A stretch of DNA of 62,764 nt, counting the filler. It is 23 parts of 23 records of this genome, joined end to end, with 100 filler letters (N's around TTAATTAATTAA, not from the genome) between each part and the next. Parts side by side here need not be neighbours in the genome. Positions count along the whole stretch, not along the records: positions 46,499 to 49,159 come from SRR36015645_233070; positions 49,260 to 51,899 come from SRR36015645_233807; positions 52,000 to 54,932 come from SRR36015645_236543; positions 55,033 to 57,519 come from SRR36015645_236721; positions 57,620 to 59,631 come from SRR36015645_236729; positions 59,732 to 62,764 come from SRR36015645_236831; 17 more parts are not named here. One strand, 5' to 3'. The notes under the pieces were generated by a model, which worked only from the letters and a program-made list of their open reading frames with translations, was not told where the DNA came from and searched no databases. The position numbers and the translations under genes are program-made. Of the stretch, positions 46,627-59,732 are shown in pieces. Position 1 is the first letter of the stretch, and each line of letters starts with the position of its first letter.

Positions 46627-49130
46627 TTATACAATCGAACCGTCGCCTTCCAGGATCAAACACAGCTTGTTAACAGGTCTGTATAACATTGTTGACTTGG
46701 TTTTTACTCTAACAGACCGCACAAGTCCCTTCTTATCTGCTATAACTTCTGTAACTTTGCCCATGCACCACATATTTCGTGGAACGTTCTCCATTACGAG
46801 TACAATATCACCAATTTGAAGATTTCTTTTTGGGCAAATCCATTTTTGTCTTTCTTGTAGCAAAGGTAAATACTCGTTTACCCATCTCCGCCAAAATACG
46901 TCTGCTAAGTATTGCACTTGCCTCCATCTCTTTCGAACATAATTATCTGTTTTGTCAAATATACCAGGTGGCATACATTGTGTGGGTTGCAATAAAAGCA
47001 AGTGATTCGGTGTTAGGGCCTCAAGATCGTTTGGATCTGCTGACTCTTTAGTAATTGGTCTACTATTTAAGATCGATTCAACTTCACAAAATAATGTACA
47101 TAGAGCTTCGTCGTCTAAGCAAGTTCCTTGTTCCTTTACCAAAGCATAGAGAATTTTCCTAACCGTTCGTATTAGTCGTTCCCAAACACCACCGAAATTT
47201 GAAGCACAAGGTGGATTGAAGTGCCAAGTAATATTCCTTTGTTGCATAAATCTTTCAACATCAGCGACATTCCATTTGTTAATTTCAGCACGCAGTTCGC
47301 GCTCAGCGCCGACCAAATTCGATCCATTGTCAGAAGTCATATTTTTTACTGAACCTCTCCTTGATAGAAATCTTCGCATAGCATTAATACACGAATTTAA
47401 ATCCATAGAATGCGATACCTCTAAATGAACAGCTCTAATAGCGAAGCATGTGAATATGACTCCGTACCATTTGACTATACTTCTTCCCCGCTTAACCTCA
47501 AATGGGCCAAAATAATCGATTCCGACTCGCGAGAAAGGAGGTTCTTGCGCTAAAACTCTATCTAATGGAAGGTCAGCCATTTTCTGAGTTACGCATTTTG
47601 CTTGGTACTTACGACAAAGAACACATCGGGAGATAATTGATTTGATGGCTGTTCTGACAGAAATGATCCAATATTGTTTACGTAATAATGACAACATACT
47701 ATTCATTCCTAAATGACCCACTCTCTTGTGCACATCATTTAGAATAACTCGTGTAATATGACAGTCTTTAGGTAATATAACCGGGTGCTTCGCATCAAAT
47801 GGGATATTCGCATTTTCTAGTCTTCCACCTACACGCAATAGTCCATCATCAATAAATGGGTTCAGTTTGTATAAAGAACTACCTTTCAGATGTGTTTTTC
47901 CTGTCCTTTGTCGTAGAGAACATAGTTCCTTTCCAAAATGGCAAGACTGTACATACAGCAATATGCACCGTTCTGCTCTTGACAGCAAATCAAGTTGCAC
48001 GTTAACAACCCTTTTACTCCTATGCAGCGCTTGTTGTTTGATACTTTTCATTTCCTTATTTACTTTATTGATAATCTCTGTGCTGCTTAATTCTAACGTC
48101 AGCTATTCTGTGATTTCTCTTCGCATTTTAACATACCTTTTCAGATTATCTATTGCTATTAATAAGAAAGCAACTAATCTTTTTACCTTTGCCCAGTCAG
48201 AATAATAGGATAAAATTCTATCCACTTCCTGGCGACATTCAACCACCACCACATTTATAGGTAGACTATTCTTTCTTTCAGATTGTTCTTCAGGACTACA
48301 ATGTAAGTTGTTGTGTCACATCACACCATTTCTTCATTTCTATATTTTTCTGCCACCGCAATTCAGGGCCATCAAACCATAATTTGCAAGTAGTAAGACG
48401 TTGCACTGTGGTTCCTCTTGAAGCTAGATCCGCTGGGTTACTTTTTGTATCAACATAATTCCATTGGCATACATTTGTTGCTTCTCGTATTACGGACACT
48501 CTATTCGCCACAAAGGTGTGAAATCTAGAGCTTTCGTTAGCAATAAACCTTAATACAGCCGTGCTATCTGTCCAGTAATATATCATTGAAAACTCATATT
48601 CCATTTCTCTTTGTATTATGTTGCTCATCCGTACAGCTATAGTGGCAGCAGTTAATTCCATTCGTGGTATTGTTATTTTCTTCAAGGGAGCCACTCGTGA
48701 TTTCGCTAATACTAAAGCACAGTGAACTTGACCTTTATCATTTTTGAGTCGTATATAGGATGCTGTACCATAACCTACCTCGCTCGCATCAGAGAAGTTA
48801 TGTAGCTCACAATAAGACACGTTTCCAAACCCTTGTGGTTTTATACATCATATTAACCTTTACATGACGAAGTTCTGGAAGGTCTTTTATCCACATATTC
48901 CAGTTTTCCAAGTTTGTTCCAGTCACTTTGTCATTCCAACCAATTCCATCACGACACAAATCTTGTAGAATACTTTTTCCTTTCAACATTATTGGGGCAG
49001 CAAATCCCAATGGATCATAAATGGAAATGACAACGGATAGAACATTTTTCCTGGTGCAATCGGTTCTATTTACATTATCATCAATCACAAACCCAAAGTT
49101 ATCGTTTTCAATTTCCCAGGACACACCTAA
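46627..49130 (-). mobile_element. BEL/Pao LTR retrotransposon pol, disrupted (RT end, RNase H, integrase)
   Basis: IYDPLGF; HNFSDAS...KSRVAP...IPRMELTAA...WTDS...NPADLASRG; LRVGGRL, DYFGPF, SDNGSN, GGVWERL, LTPNHLL. Split over three ORFs by breaks near 48815 and 48300. Confidence 0.93.
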
Positions 49131-49259
49131 GTAGTAGTAGTCTGCCGGATTTGTGGGTCNNNNNNNNNNNNNNNNNNNNNNNNNNNNNNNNNNNNNNNNN
49201 NNNTTAATTAATTAANNNNNNNNNNNNNNNNNNNNNNNNNNNNNNNNNNNNNNNNNNNN

Positions 49260-51755
49260 ATGACGCCTCAATCGAAAGGAGGTTCGGTCTACTATGCTTC
49301 ATTTATTGATGACTATTCTCGCTACGCGAATGTTTACTTCATGAAACGTAAAAGTGATGTTCTTCATTGTTTCAAGGATTTTGTTGCGCATGCTGAGAAT
49401 CTTAGTGGCAAATGTGTTAAAACGCTTCGCTCAGATAATGGAGGCGAGTATTGTTCGAATGAGTTCGATGAGTTTTGTGCTTCTAAAGGAATAAAGCGTG
49501 AAAAAACGATCGCATATAACCCAGCTCAAAATGGTGTAGCGGAGCGATATAATCGTACGCTAATGGAAACAGCTATGTCAATGTTACACAGCGCCGGGTT
49601 ACCTCTTAGTTTTTGGGCAGAAGCTGTGAATACGGCCAACTACATTCGTAATCGTAGTCCGACTGTGGCAGTGAAAGGTATGACGCCATACGAGGCATGG
49701 TTTGGTAAGGACAAGCCATCTGTGTCTAACCTTCGTGTGTTTGGGTGTCATGCCTATGTTCTCGTTCCAAAGCAGAAACGTAGAAAGTTGGACGCGAAGG
49801 CCGAAAAGTGCATCTTTGTAGGCTATCCAGACGATAGCAAGGGATACAAGTTGTATAACTTGCAGTCCAAGCAGTTTGTTGAATCGCGTGATGTTCAGTT
49901 CTTCGAATCGGACTTCCCTATGCTGGAAGATGGCGTAACCGGAGAACAGGTCCACGAATTCATCACTGTGTCTCTCTCTAATGCCGAGAAAGAGGACGAG
50001 CGACCGATTAATAACGTTGACGATGATGAACATTCGGATAACGATGATGATGATGATCATCAATCTGATATCGAATCGAGCGAGTCCGACAGTGACGACA
50101 ATATTGGTCGAGTACGTTGGTCTGGTCGTCAGCGAAAGCCTCCTGATCGTCTGGGAATAATCCCATATCCCAGTAATGTCGCAAATATTGCTAATCATGA
50201 CACTGAGCCGAAATCTGTTAAGGCCGCGTGGTCTCATCCAGATGGAGATTTATGGCGTGAGGCAACAGACTCTGAGTTTAATTCGTTAATTTGTAACGAT
50301 ACTTGGGATCTAGTGCCACCTCCTAACGGCATCAACATCGTTGACAACAAATGGGTACTAAAGTACAAGTACAAACCGGATGGTTCGATCGAGAAGCGTA
50401 AGGCTCGTTTAGTAGCTCGAGGTTTCTCACAAGAATATGGACTCGACTACGAGGAAGTATTTGCACCTGTGGCGCGGTATAGTGCAATTCGTACTGTTCT
50501 GGCGATTGCTAATCGCTTGAACTGGGATGTCCACCAGATGGACGTTACAACGGCTTTTCTCAATGGAGATCTTAACGAGGAGATCTATATGCGTCAACCA
50601 AAAGGATATGTTGACGAGCAGAATCCGGAGTATGTGTGCAAGCTAAAGCGAAGTTTGTACGGACTCAAGCAGTCAGCTCGTTGTTGGAATCAAAAGATCG
50701 ACGAATCGCTTAAAGCACGTGGTTTTAAGCAAAGTGCTGCTGATAATTGCTTGTATGTAAAAGGGATTGGTAAGGACATTGTGGTTCTAGTACTGTATGT
50801 GGATGACATACTGATAGCGTCTAGTGATGTCAAGTTGCTCATACGTGAAAAGGCATCTTTGTCGGAAAACTACGAAATGGTTGATCAAGGTGAGGTCCAC
50901 CATGTTCTCGGTATGGTTGTCAAGCGTAATCGTGAACAACGCATTCTTACAATCGACCAATCAGTGTATTTGGAAAAGGTGCTTGATCGATTTAATATGA
51001 CTAACTGTAAGCCCGTTGCTACGCCGCTTGAACCGAACAAGAAGTTCGAGAAAACGAAGGAAGGCGATAAATTGGCCGACAAAAAGTTATATCAGGCTGC
51101 AATTGGCAGTTTAACGTACGCGATGACAGCGACACGCCCAGATATTGCCATAGCGGTTGGGATTCTGAGTCAATTTACCTCTAATCCGTCACATGAGCAT
51201 TGGCAGGGTGTGAAACGTGTACTACGTTATATACGTGGAACAACAAACTATGGTCTGAAGTATACGGCGACCGCAAACACTAGCATTAACGCATACGGAT
51301 ATTCGGATGCAGATTTGGCTGGATGCCCTGAATCGCGAAAATCCACTTCAGGCTATACTTTCATGATTGCGGACTGTGTCATTGACTGGAGGAGCAAGAA
51401 ACAGCCAGTAGTTGCTCTGTCTACAACTGAGTCAGAGTACATTGCATTGTGTATGGCGTGCCAAGAGGCAAAATGGCTACGCTTATTGCTAAATGACTTG
51501 GGTTTTATCGTTGATAACTTTACTTTGTTTGAAGACAATCAGGGATCCATAGCTTTAGCAAAAAATCCTCAGTTTCATACTCGAACGAAGCATATCGATA
51601 CTAAGTTTCACTTCATTCGTGAATGTGTTAACAATAATGTTGTGTCACTAAAATATTGTGCTTCCAAAGACATGGTCGCAGATATGCTCACTAAAGGCCT
51701 TTCTAAGGCGAGTTTCGAGTCTCTCCGAGACAGATTGAATGTCTCTATAGTGTAA
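49260..51755 (+). CDS. Ty1/copia pol fragment (integrase core, RT, RNase H)
   Basis: FIDDYSR, RSDNGGEY, QNGVAER, KARLVARGF, QMDVTTAFLNG, LYGLKQS, YVDD, YSDAD, STTESEY, EDNQG, KHID, ADMLTK. Confidence 0.97.
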   Translation: MTPQSKGGSVYYASFIDDYSRYANVYFMKRKSDVLHCFKDFVAHAENLSGKCVKTLRSDNGGEYCSNEFDEFCASKGIKREKTIAYNPAQNGVAERYNRTLMETAMSMLHSAGLPLSFWAEAVNTANYIRNRSPTVAVKGMTPYEAWFGKDKPSVSNLRVFGCHAYVLVPKQKRRKLDAKAEKCIFVGYPDDSKGYKLYNLQSKQFVESRDVQFFESDFPMLEDGVTGEQVHEFITVSLSNAEKEDERPINNVDDDEHSDNDDDDDHQSDIESSESDSDDNIGRVRWSGRQRKPPDRLGIIPYPSNVANIANHDTEPKSVKAAWSHPDGDLWREATDSEFNSLICNDTWDLVPPPNGINIVDNKWVLKYKYKPDGSIEKRKARLVARGFSQEYGLDYEEVFAPVARYSAIRTVLAIANRLNWDVHQMDVTTAFLNGDLNEEIYMRQPKGYVDEQNPEYVCKLKRSLYGLKQSARCWNQKIDESLKARGFKQSAADNCLYVKGIGKDIVVLVLYVDDILIASSDVKLLIREKASLSENYEMVDQGEVHHVLGMVVKRNREQRILTIDQSVYLEKVLDRFNMTNCKPVATPLEPNKKFEKTKEGDKLADKKLYQAAIGSLTYAMTATRPDIAIAVGILSQFTSNPSHEHWQGVKRVLRYIRGTTNYGLKYTATANTSINAYGYSDADLAGCPESRKSTSGYTFMIADCVIDWRSKKQPVVALSTTESEYIALCMACQEAKWLRLLLNDLGFIVDNFTLFEDNQGSIALAKNPQFHTRTKHIDTKFHFIRECVNNNVVSLKYCASKDMVADMLTKGLSKASFESLRDRLNVSIV

Positions 51756-51860
51756 CTAACTCAATAGTTAACTCACTTGGCTACATAATTTTTCAAAAAT
51801 GTTTATGTTTGGCAACAATTTTATTTAATATTCGGTCATAATGATAACCACATAATCGCC

Positions 51861-51899
51861 AAGTGGGAGTGTTAAAAAACAGTATTCAGCGTATTGTAT
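51861..51899 (+). repeat. Polypurine tract and start of the 3' LTR of the copia element
   Basis: AAGTGGGAG immediately followed by TGTT at 51870, about 105 nt after the pol stop. Confidence 0.75.
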
Positions 51900-52383
51900 N
51901 NNNNNNNNNNNNNNNNNNNNNNNNNNNNNNNNNNNNNNNNNNNTTAATTAATTAANNNNNNNNNNNNNNNNNNNNNNNNNNNNNNNNNNNNNNNNNNNNA
52001 ATTAAATCCCGTGTCCAAAAATGCTGTTGAAAGCACAGTTGATATAGCCCAGATCGCAGCTGAGAGACATAAGCGTGAAAAAATTCCATAGACCCTGGCC
52101 CAAACACAACTGATAACGTGCTTCATCTCATTATTAGTTAACTACACACCAACCTTTGAATTCACCAAATTATCCCTGCAACATCGTTCGCTGTATGTAG
52201 ATAATTCATCCCTTTTCATACTTTTTGAAACAAAAATTCCTTCTTTTCCGTCCTAGCTCGAAAAAATATTAATTACTCTTTTCCTCATTTTTTGTCGTGA
52301 CCCGTACTAGTTGAATTATGTACAGTATTGTTACATAAATAAATGAATAGGCGCTAATCATTTGTTTTTGCTTAATTATTTAG

Positions 52384-52795
52384 TTCATCGTGGATTGGCA
52401 TGTTAGTTGGTGTGATAGTCATCGTCCTCATTCTGTCTCTTGCCGGCTACTGTGGCTACAAAATCTACAAGAAACGACAGGACAAGTCACGTGAGGGTGA
52501 TTACTATGAGGAGGTGACCCCTCAGCCGCAAACCATTCCGATGAATACTTACCCCCAACAACCAAACAAAGCCGGGTATCAGCCAGCAGGGTACCCGCCG
52601 GCGGGAGGTGGCTACCCCCAGTACCCCACCGGACCTGGACCGGCGGGAGGGGGCTACCCCCAGTACCCAGCCGGGCCTGGACCGCAGGGCCCTGCGCCGC
52701 AGTATCCGGTGGGACCCGGACCACAGGGTGGTTACTACCCGCCGCAACAAGGTGGCTATCCGCCCCAGGGCGGGTACCCTCCTGCGTATAGTTAA
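52384..52795 (+). CDS. Terminal exon: transmembrane helix plus Pro/Gly/Tyr-rich cytoplasmic tail (Shisa/WBP1-like architecture)
   Basis: Acceptor ttattttag at 52382-52383; WIGMLVGVIVIVLILSLAGYCGY then KIYKKR; GGYP repeats; C-terminal PPAY (PPxY). Followed by ~2.1 kb of AT-rich 3'UTR-like sequence. Confidence 0.75.
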
Positions 52796-52867
52796 ACAAC
52801 TTCTCTTTCAGGGTGTAAGCTCCTGTTTTTTGAAAAACTTTTTTTTTGTCCTATTTTTCTTTAATAT

Positions 52868-52921
52868 TCCTAGTTTTACGTATATTAATTTCACTCCTAG
52901 TTTTACGTATATTAATTTCAC
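52868..52921. repeat. 27-nt perfect tandem duplication
   Basis: tcctagttttacgtatattaatttcac twice. Confidence 0.92.
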
Positions 52922-55032
52922 ACGAAAAATTGTTTATAGAAACAGTCATTTCTGATACCACACAAAATTTTTGGCTGCATTTTGCACTGTTTATAATCCT
53001 TTTAAAAGAAGTGTACACTCAGACTGACAATGTGGATTGTAGCTTGAACTCACATGACTAATGAAGTTTTATGTTTACCCATCTTTGCACGGTCAAATTT
53101 TCTACACGTTGGGTGGATTAGTATTGGTTTGAGTGTTTCCGAGAGGCTACTTGGTGTTACCAGTTCTGTATTGGAAAACACATTTTTTTCTATCTTACAT
53201 TTTCGTGTTTTAAGCTCCAAATCCACTTGTACGTCCAAAACTTACCTCTGATCTATCGAGCTAAACGGTTGCTTTATGCACATAATCTAGTCAACAAATA
53301 ATAATAACCACGAAATATGTTGTTTAATTTTATTTTACTTGAGCTTGCGTAATGCTCTAGCGTGATAAAAATGCGATAAAATAATTGGTGGCATAATCCA
53401 GTGCAAATGTTGTTTTGATCTTCATTATGACGAACACATTGGTACTTGTATATGAAGTATATAAAACAAATGACACACGTATGCGCTTTGGCTGTTGATA
53501 AATGCGTGAAACGTCCAATACTTTTTATGGATTTTTCTTTTAGAAGTGTGGTGCAGCCTACATGTTTGTATTCAAATACAAATGGTAGCCTAATTTGTAT
53601 ATAAACTCGCACATATGCTATTAATAGACTATTTGTATACATGTATGGTATTCTGCAAGTTGTGCAATGATTTATTATACAACGCCATTATTTATGTTGC
53701 TGCAAAAACATATTGAGTTATAAAGTTCGTCGTAATGCTATTTATGTCATTTTATATTAAAAATATATAATTATGCGACTATACGTGTCTGCAAAGCTTG
53801 ATGTAAACAGGAAATAGAAATGTCTGAATGCTCTAGTTATCGTCATAAAATATCGTTCTAATGTCATAAAAATTTATAGCGATGTTAATGAGCATATGGC
53901 AAGCGTGAAATAACCAAACCTGTGGCATTATTTTTCTGTAAGCGATCGTTGGTTATTTTAAATAGCCTATATAGAAAATGCGTGGTGCGCATTTTAGGGC
54001 CGCCTTGTTACTCACTTTAAATAGCGATTACATTTTAATGGTAATGTCACAGTCAAGATTTCTCAGATATTTTTCTTGGCCATGCATGGTGCGGTGTTTG
54101 AAAAAAAAACTTGCATAATTGTATACTTTGTCTTTTATATGCAGAGTACATGTATCAGCTTTTCGCTTAATATCTGTATTCTAATGTTTTTCATCTGTTA
54201 GTGAATCTGTTTTACATAACTGGCTATGCAATATGCATGTAGCATGATCTAAAGAAAAATGCAGTTTACACACCTGTAATATGATTCAGTTGATATTAGT
54301 TGGAGAAATGTTGCTAATACTCATCAGGATACCTATAGTAAATACATCCTCGGGCTACTATATTTTTGTTGAAAATCTATTGTACAGTACTTGGGCTCAT
54401 TTGCAATATTGACATAATGAATCTCCTTTTTTATTTCTACATCATTTTACTTGTTATTAAAATTAACATAAAATTAACAAATATTTAACGTAGATATATG
54501 TATGCATGGATTATAACTAAATACTTAGATCTAGTCAGCCACAATCGCGATTGTATTTATCAGCACGTGGCATAATATTTTATATACTATATATATTATA
54601 TATAAATTGTATATAGTTATTACGTCAGAGACGTATATTGCTATAGTAGTATGTGTTTATAAATTCATACTGCGGCATGTATCTTTGCTACTTTTAAAAC
54701 GAAAGTATAGTAAGAGCTTTTTATTTATTAAAAAACATTTAACGCCCACGCACTTTGCTACAAGATATGCGAGTTGGTGATAACTCGCATATCAAATTAC
54801 ATTAACCTCATGTGAGCTTGTAGTATTATGAAAAATGTTTCGTTTCATCAATATTTGGACAACTTCGATATATATATTTACAAGCAGTTCTAGTCGCTTA
54901 TCTACTATGTTATTTATGTTGTGGACTTTATANNNNNNNNNNNNNNNNNNNNNNNNNNNNNNNNNNNNNNNNNNNNTTAATTAATTAANNNNNNNNNNNN
55001 NNNNNNNNNNNNNNNNNNNNNNNNNNNNNNNN

Positions 55033-55395
55033 AACTGCTTCATTTGTCAGAATACAGTTGTTTCACTTGACAGGAAAACAATACGGCTACTTTTCTGAAC
55101 ACTCAAATTTGTCTTTAAACTACACTGCCGCTTTTCTGTACAATTGTTTCATTTGTCATAAAAAGCACACATCTGCTTTCTATTGTAACTGTTTTATTTG
55201 TCAGAAAAAACTATGCATCTGTTTTTAATTTTAACCGTTTTATTTGTTCGGGAAAATGTACATGTATCTGTTTTTCTGTACTGCTGTTTCTTTTGTCAGA
55301 AAAGGCGCCCTTCTGTTTTTCCTTATATCTGTTACATTTGTCAGAAGAACTACGAATCAGCGTTATCTTTAAAGTTGTTTTAATTGTCAAAACAA
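55033..55395. repeat. Degenerate short-period repeat (tttgtcagaa core) downstream of VPS13
   Basis: About six recurrences of (c)atttgtca(gaa) with ttttctg/ttttcta motifs, at ~45-110 nt spacing. Confidence 0.6.
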
Positions 55396-55451
55396 CAATA
55401 TATCCGTTTTTCAATACAGATATTGCTTTCGTATGAAGAACCTACTATTTT

Positions 55452-57519
55452 CTACACAGTTGCTTCGTCTGAAGGGCCACACATCTGATTTTCTATGTTT
55501 TTCTCACTAATTACGTTAACTAGACGATCGAACACCCATTTCAAAGTCTTGTCATTTTGAAACGTGGCTTCCTTAGTGTGGTTGTGGAAAACGTGAAAAA
55601 GCGACGAATCCTGCTCTTTGTTTATTATCAGCTTGTTATCGACTGTCTTTGGATCACCATCGATTTCTGTCAAATCAACAACCCACTCAATGTCCCATTC
55701 ACCCCAGAAGCGACACTTCTCTAGCAAGAACACGTGGTTATTCGTGATAAGAACGACATCGGGGTATGATTCGTCTGTGATGACTGCATGGGAACTGTAT
55801 GTGTCAGTGACGCAGTACTTGCCTCTGTTTAGTCGCTGCAAGATTCTGAACCCGATCGATTTGTACTTAGAATACGGCAGCAAACCGATGCTGGAATCAA
55901 TAAAGCGAGGAAGGCGAACCTGCATGACGATGCCTTCGCCCATCATAGCCGCACGGCGAATGCCATCAAACGTCATGGTTATCATGTCCACAATGCCGGT
56001 GGCAGGTTTAAGAGCAATGCCGAGCAGTCCTTTGCCAACACCTTTAAAAAATCCTTCAACTCCACCTTCTTGGGCACCCGAAACTGGCTTAACAACAATG
56101 CCCGAGACTCCGAGCAGAATGCCGAGTACAAAAGACTTCCCAGCTATGTATAGTTGACCCGTAACACTGGAGCTTTGCGCGTGTCTGATCAGCCTACGAC
56201 GTTTTCTACGATACTCTTCATCTAAGGACAGAGTTGCTAAAGCGTTTCCCAAAGATCCAGTGATGAGAGATGCTGAGCCAGCGGTGCTGCCAACTACATT
56301 ACTAATCAGACTCTCCACGCCTCGAGCCAAACCATCAGCAAAATGTTGCGGTCCCTGTAGCGTGCCTAAAAACGGTTCATAGAACAAGTCTCCCAGTCCT
56401 TCACCAATGTCTTTAATTAGTCCATAGGGATTTCCCAGAACGTCTAGGCCAAATAACAGGGCATAGGACTGCTGCACAAACTGCAAGATGTAATGCGATC
56501 GTACTTCTGCCATCAGTTTAGATCCAGACATGACAGAACCACGGCGCTCAAAGTAAGACAATTTTATATCAATATCCTTGACTTCAGTAAAGGTGACGCC
56601 TAACGATTTCAAGAAGAATGTCATCACATCTGAAGCAAAGCCGCCAGTGTCCGAGTTTGACGAATGTATGTTACCCTGAAGGGAAAGGCTGATCATTATT
56701 TTCATCGGAGAGAGATGAAGATATTCGTAGACTGTCCGTTCTTCTACATTATCTGATATGTTCATGACAGTCCAACGCAGATCGCCACTTACAAACTTCA
56801 TGTCTGCTCGAATCTGTTCTATGTCTGGCGGTGGTCTGCTAATAGATGAGAAAACGTCCACTACAGACATAATAAACCCACGGTCGATTTTTACGCTGAA
56901 AGACTGCACTAGGAGTTTCATGAATTTTACCGAACTGGCATTATTATGCTCTCCTCGATGTTTGAGAAAGACAAATTCTACAAACGGCTTAGGCCCTGTC
57001 TTCTTGACCACACGTTTTGGCACGGGTAGAGGATGCAGAGGGGTTGTGAAAATGGCGTCAGTCAACATGTTGTCTAACTGGAGCCTTTCCAACTTCACCC
57101 TCACAAAACTGTAGTTTGCCGAGTTTCTGTAATGCACCAATACAGAAGGGCTGTGTATGCGTCGCAGAGGGCCACTGAGTGGATGCAGAATTTTCATTGC
57201 ATCAAAATCCACTTCGATCTTGTCGTTTTTCACATGTGCGCTTTCGCCTTTATGGCGCCACTGATCTTCAAGCCACGCAGAAAGTTCCAAGTTGACAGGC
57301 TTCCATTTGTCATTCACTTCAACTTCCCACAGCGAGCTTGAATCCATTAGGGTGAGTAGACATACTTCTTCCTGCTGTCGGTTAATCAAAGAAATCTTCA
57401 TACGCTTGAGATAGCAGAGTAGTTCCAGCTGCGCTTTCTCGCCGTCGTTCTGTTGCTTTGAACTATTTGCTAATTGTTCGTCCTGTGTTAATAGAAATAC
57501 TCTCTGGGTACCATTCAAG
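55452..57519 (-). CDS. VPS13: VPS13A/C-like lipid transfer protein, C-terminal region
   Basis: LQLDN, LHLSPMKI, GLDVLGNPYGL, LFYEP, KPVSGAQEGGVEGFFKGVGKGLLG...KP, RLPR, then a PH-like end. Confidence 0.92.
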
Positions 57520-57619
57520 NNNNNNNNNNNNNNNNNNNNNNNNNNNNNNNNNNNNNNNNNNNNTTAATTAATTAANNNNNNNNNNNNNNNNNNNNNNNNN
57601 NNNNNNNNNNNNNNNNNNN

Positions 57620-59631
57620 AACCATGGAGAGTACCACCATGTTCACAGCATCATGGCGGACGGCGGTGACCGGTACGGGGTGTCGGCCGTTGCGTTCGAC
57701 CAGCAGGAAAACCTCCTGTGGATGGGCAACCAAGGAGGTCACGTCACTTCCTACTACGGCATGCAGATGCAGAAGTTCACATCATTCCAGATTCACGCTG
57801 CCAACGAGATACGTCATATTTTGAGCACCGACGATGGCGTTCTCTTCCTGACGAAGGATTTGGTACGCTGCTCGTCGCGTCATGGCCTAAAGCAGTTCGA
57901 CTTCCGCGGCGAATTCATGACCGACATGCAGTGCATGATGCTCACATCGCAGACGCAACTCCTCATGGGCGGTCATCAAAAAGAGATGCTCGAAATCGAT
58001 TTAAACACTATGGAGCTCGTGCAGAAAGTAGAGGTGACCGACACGGGTTGTGCTATTCTACGCCACTCCGGGTCCTACATTTGCGCTGGCGACACCAGCG
58101 GTAAGGTCAAGCTTCTCGACCCATCCACGCTGCGTCAAGAACACGAGCTGAATGCTCACTCGGGCACCCTATCCGACTTTGATGTGTCTGGTAACCTGCT
58201 GGTTACGTGCGGGTTTTCCGGCAGGATGGGCCAGCTAGCCTCCGATCGCTTTGTAAAAATGTATGACTTGCGCATGATGCGCGCGCAGCTGCCCATCCAA
58301 CTTATATTCGACCCATTCTTTTTGAGATTCATTCTGACGTATTCGCAGCGCGTGGCCATTGTGTCAACGTACGGTGACTTCCAATTGGTCGATCCCATGG
58401 CGGGTACGATGGTCGCCATGCAGTCAGCGTCACTAAACACGTACCATGTGCCAACAGATGGCGCAGCATGTCAGGCATTTGACATTTCGTCAACCTATCA
58501 GTGTTTGGCATTCGGCGACGCAAACGGCCTGCTGCATTTGTTTGCCACGCACGACGAGGCGCAGTACAACCTCTACTCAAACCCGACGGAATTTGCCGCC
58601 GAAATAGAACACGTTCATCCGATAGACTTTGACGACTACATCACGCCACTGTCTTCGATTCCTATGCCTTACACTCACGGTAAGTTATTGTCCGATTGGC
58701 CTGACACAAACTGTCAGATGGTGTACCGCAAAGCATTGCCTGTCGACCCGGACCTTGAAAAAACGATGAAAGTCGTGCACGGCATTGGGTACGCACCAAA
58801 CCCTGGTGGCCGATTCCGAAACCAAGTGCCGTATAAGTTCGATAGCAAATCAAAAGGTCGTAAGAAGAGCGTTCCGGACTCTCCCCTCGGCCGTCACGAC
58901 GAACCGTTTGTGTTGGTTCCGAAGAAGTATTGTAAGGTGGAGATAAAATACTCCCGTCTTGGAATCGACGACTTTGACTTTCAACATTACAATTCCACTG
59001 GCCTGTCTGGTCTGGAGCCTCACATTCAGAATGCTTATTGTAATTGCATGATACAAGTGCTGTATCACATCGATCCATTCCGCTGCGTGCTCGAGTCGCA
59101 CCTCTGTCAAAAGGAGTTCTGCTTGGCCTGCGAGCTTGGCTTGCTGTTTCACATGCTAGACGTGAACAAGCGCAGCACGTGTCAGGCAACAAACTTTCTC
59201 CGCGCCTTCCGAACCATTCCCGAGGCGTCAGCGCTGGGGCTTATATTGAGCGAGAATGATGAAAATCACGGCAAGATGAACATGCCACGCCTCATCCAGA
59301 GCTGGAATCGTTTCATCCTTCAGCAGCTCCACACAGAAACGGTGGAGGCCGAGGAGGAGTCAGCCGTACCCGATGAAATGTCGCACGGCCATTTTAACCT
59401 GACAGAGCGGTCGATTATAAACGAAACGTGCGGCACGCGTCTCCGAAGTGTAACGAAATGTCGGTGCGGTCGCGAAGTCAGTCGCGATTCGTCCACGCTT
59501 CTTTTCTCACTGATTTATCCAAATTGCACGGCGCCTGGGCCTGGCAAGGATCCAGTGCAGTACAGTTTTGCGGAAATTCTGCGTCGCAACATGTGCTTGG
59601 AACAAACGACACAGGCATGGTGTGAAACGTG
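57620..59631 (+). CDS. PAN2: PAN2 deadenylase subunit, WD40 and pseudo-UCH region, truncated at both ends
   Basis: ELNAHSGTLSDFDVSGNLLVTCGFS, YDLRMMR, LLSDWP, IKYSRLGIDDFDF, GLEPHIQNAYCN, CLACELG, CQATNFLRAFRTIPEASALGL, QTTQAWCE. Confidence 0.96.
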
Positions 59632-59732
59632 NNNNNNNNNNNNNNNNNNNNNNNNNNNNNNNNNNNNNNNNNNNNTTAATTAATTAANNNNNNNNNNNNN
59701 NNNNNNNNNNNNNNNNNNNNNNNNNNNNNNNC

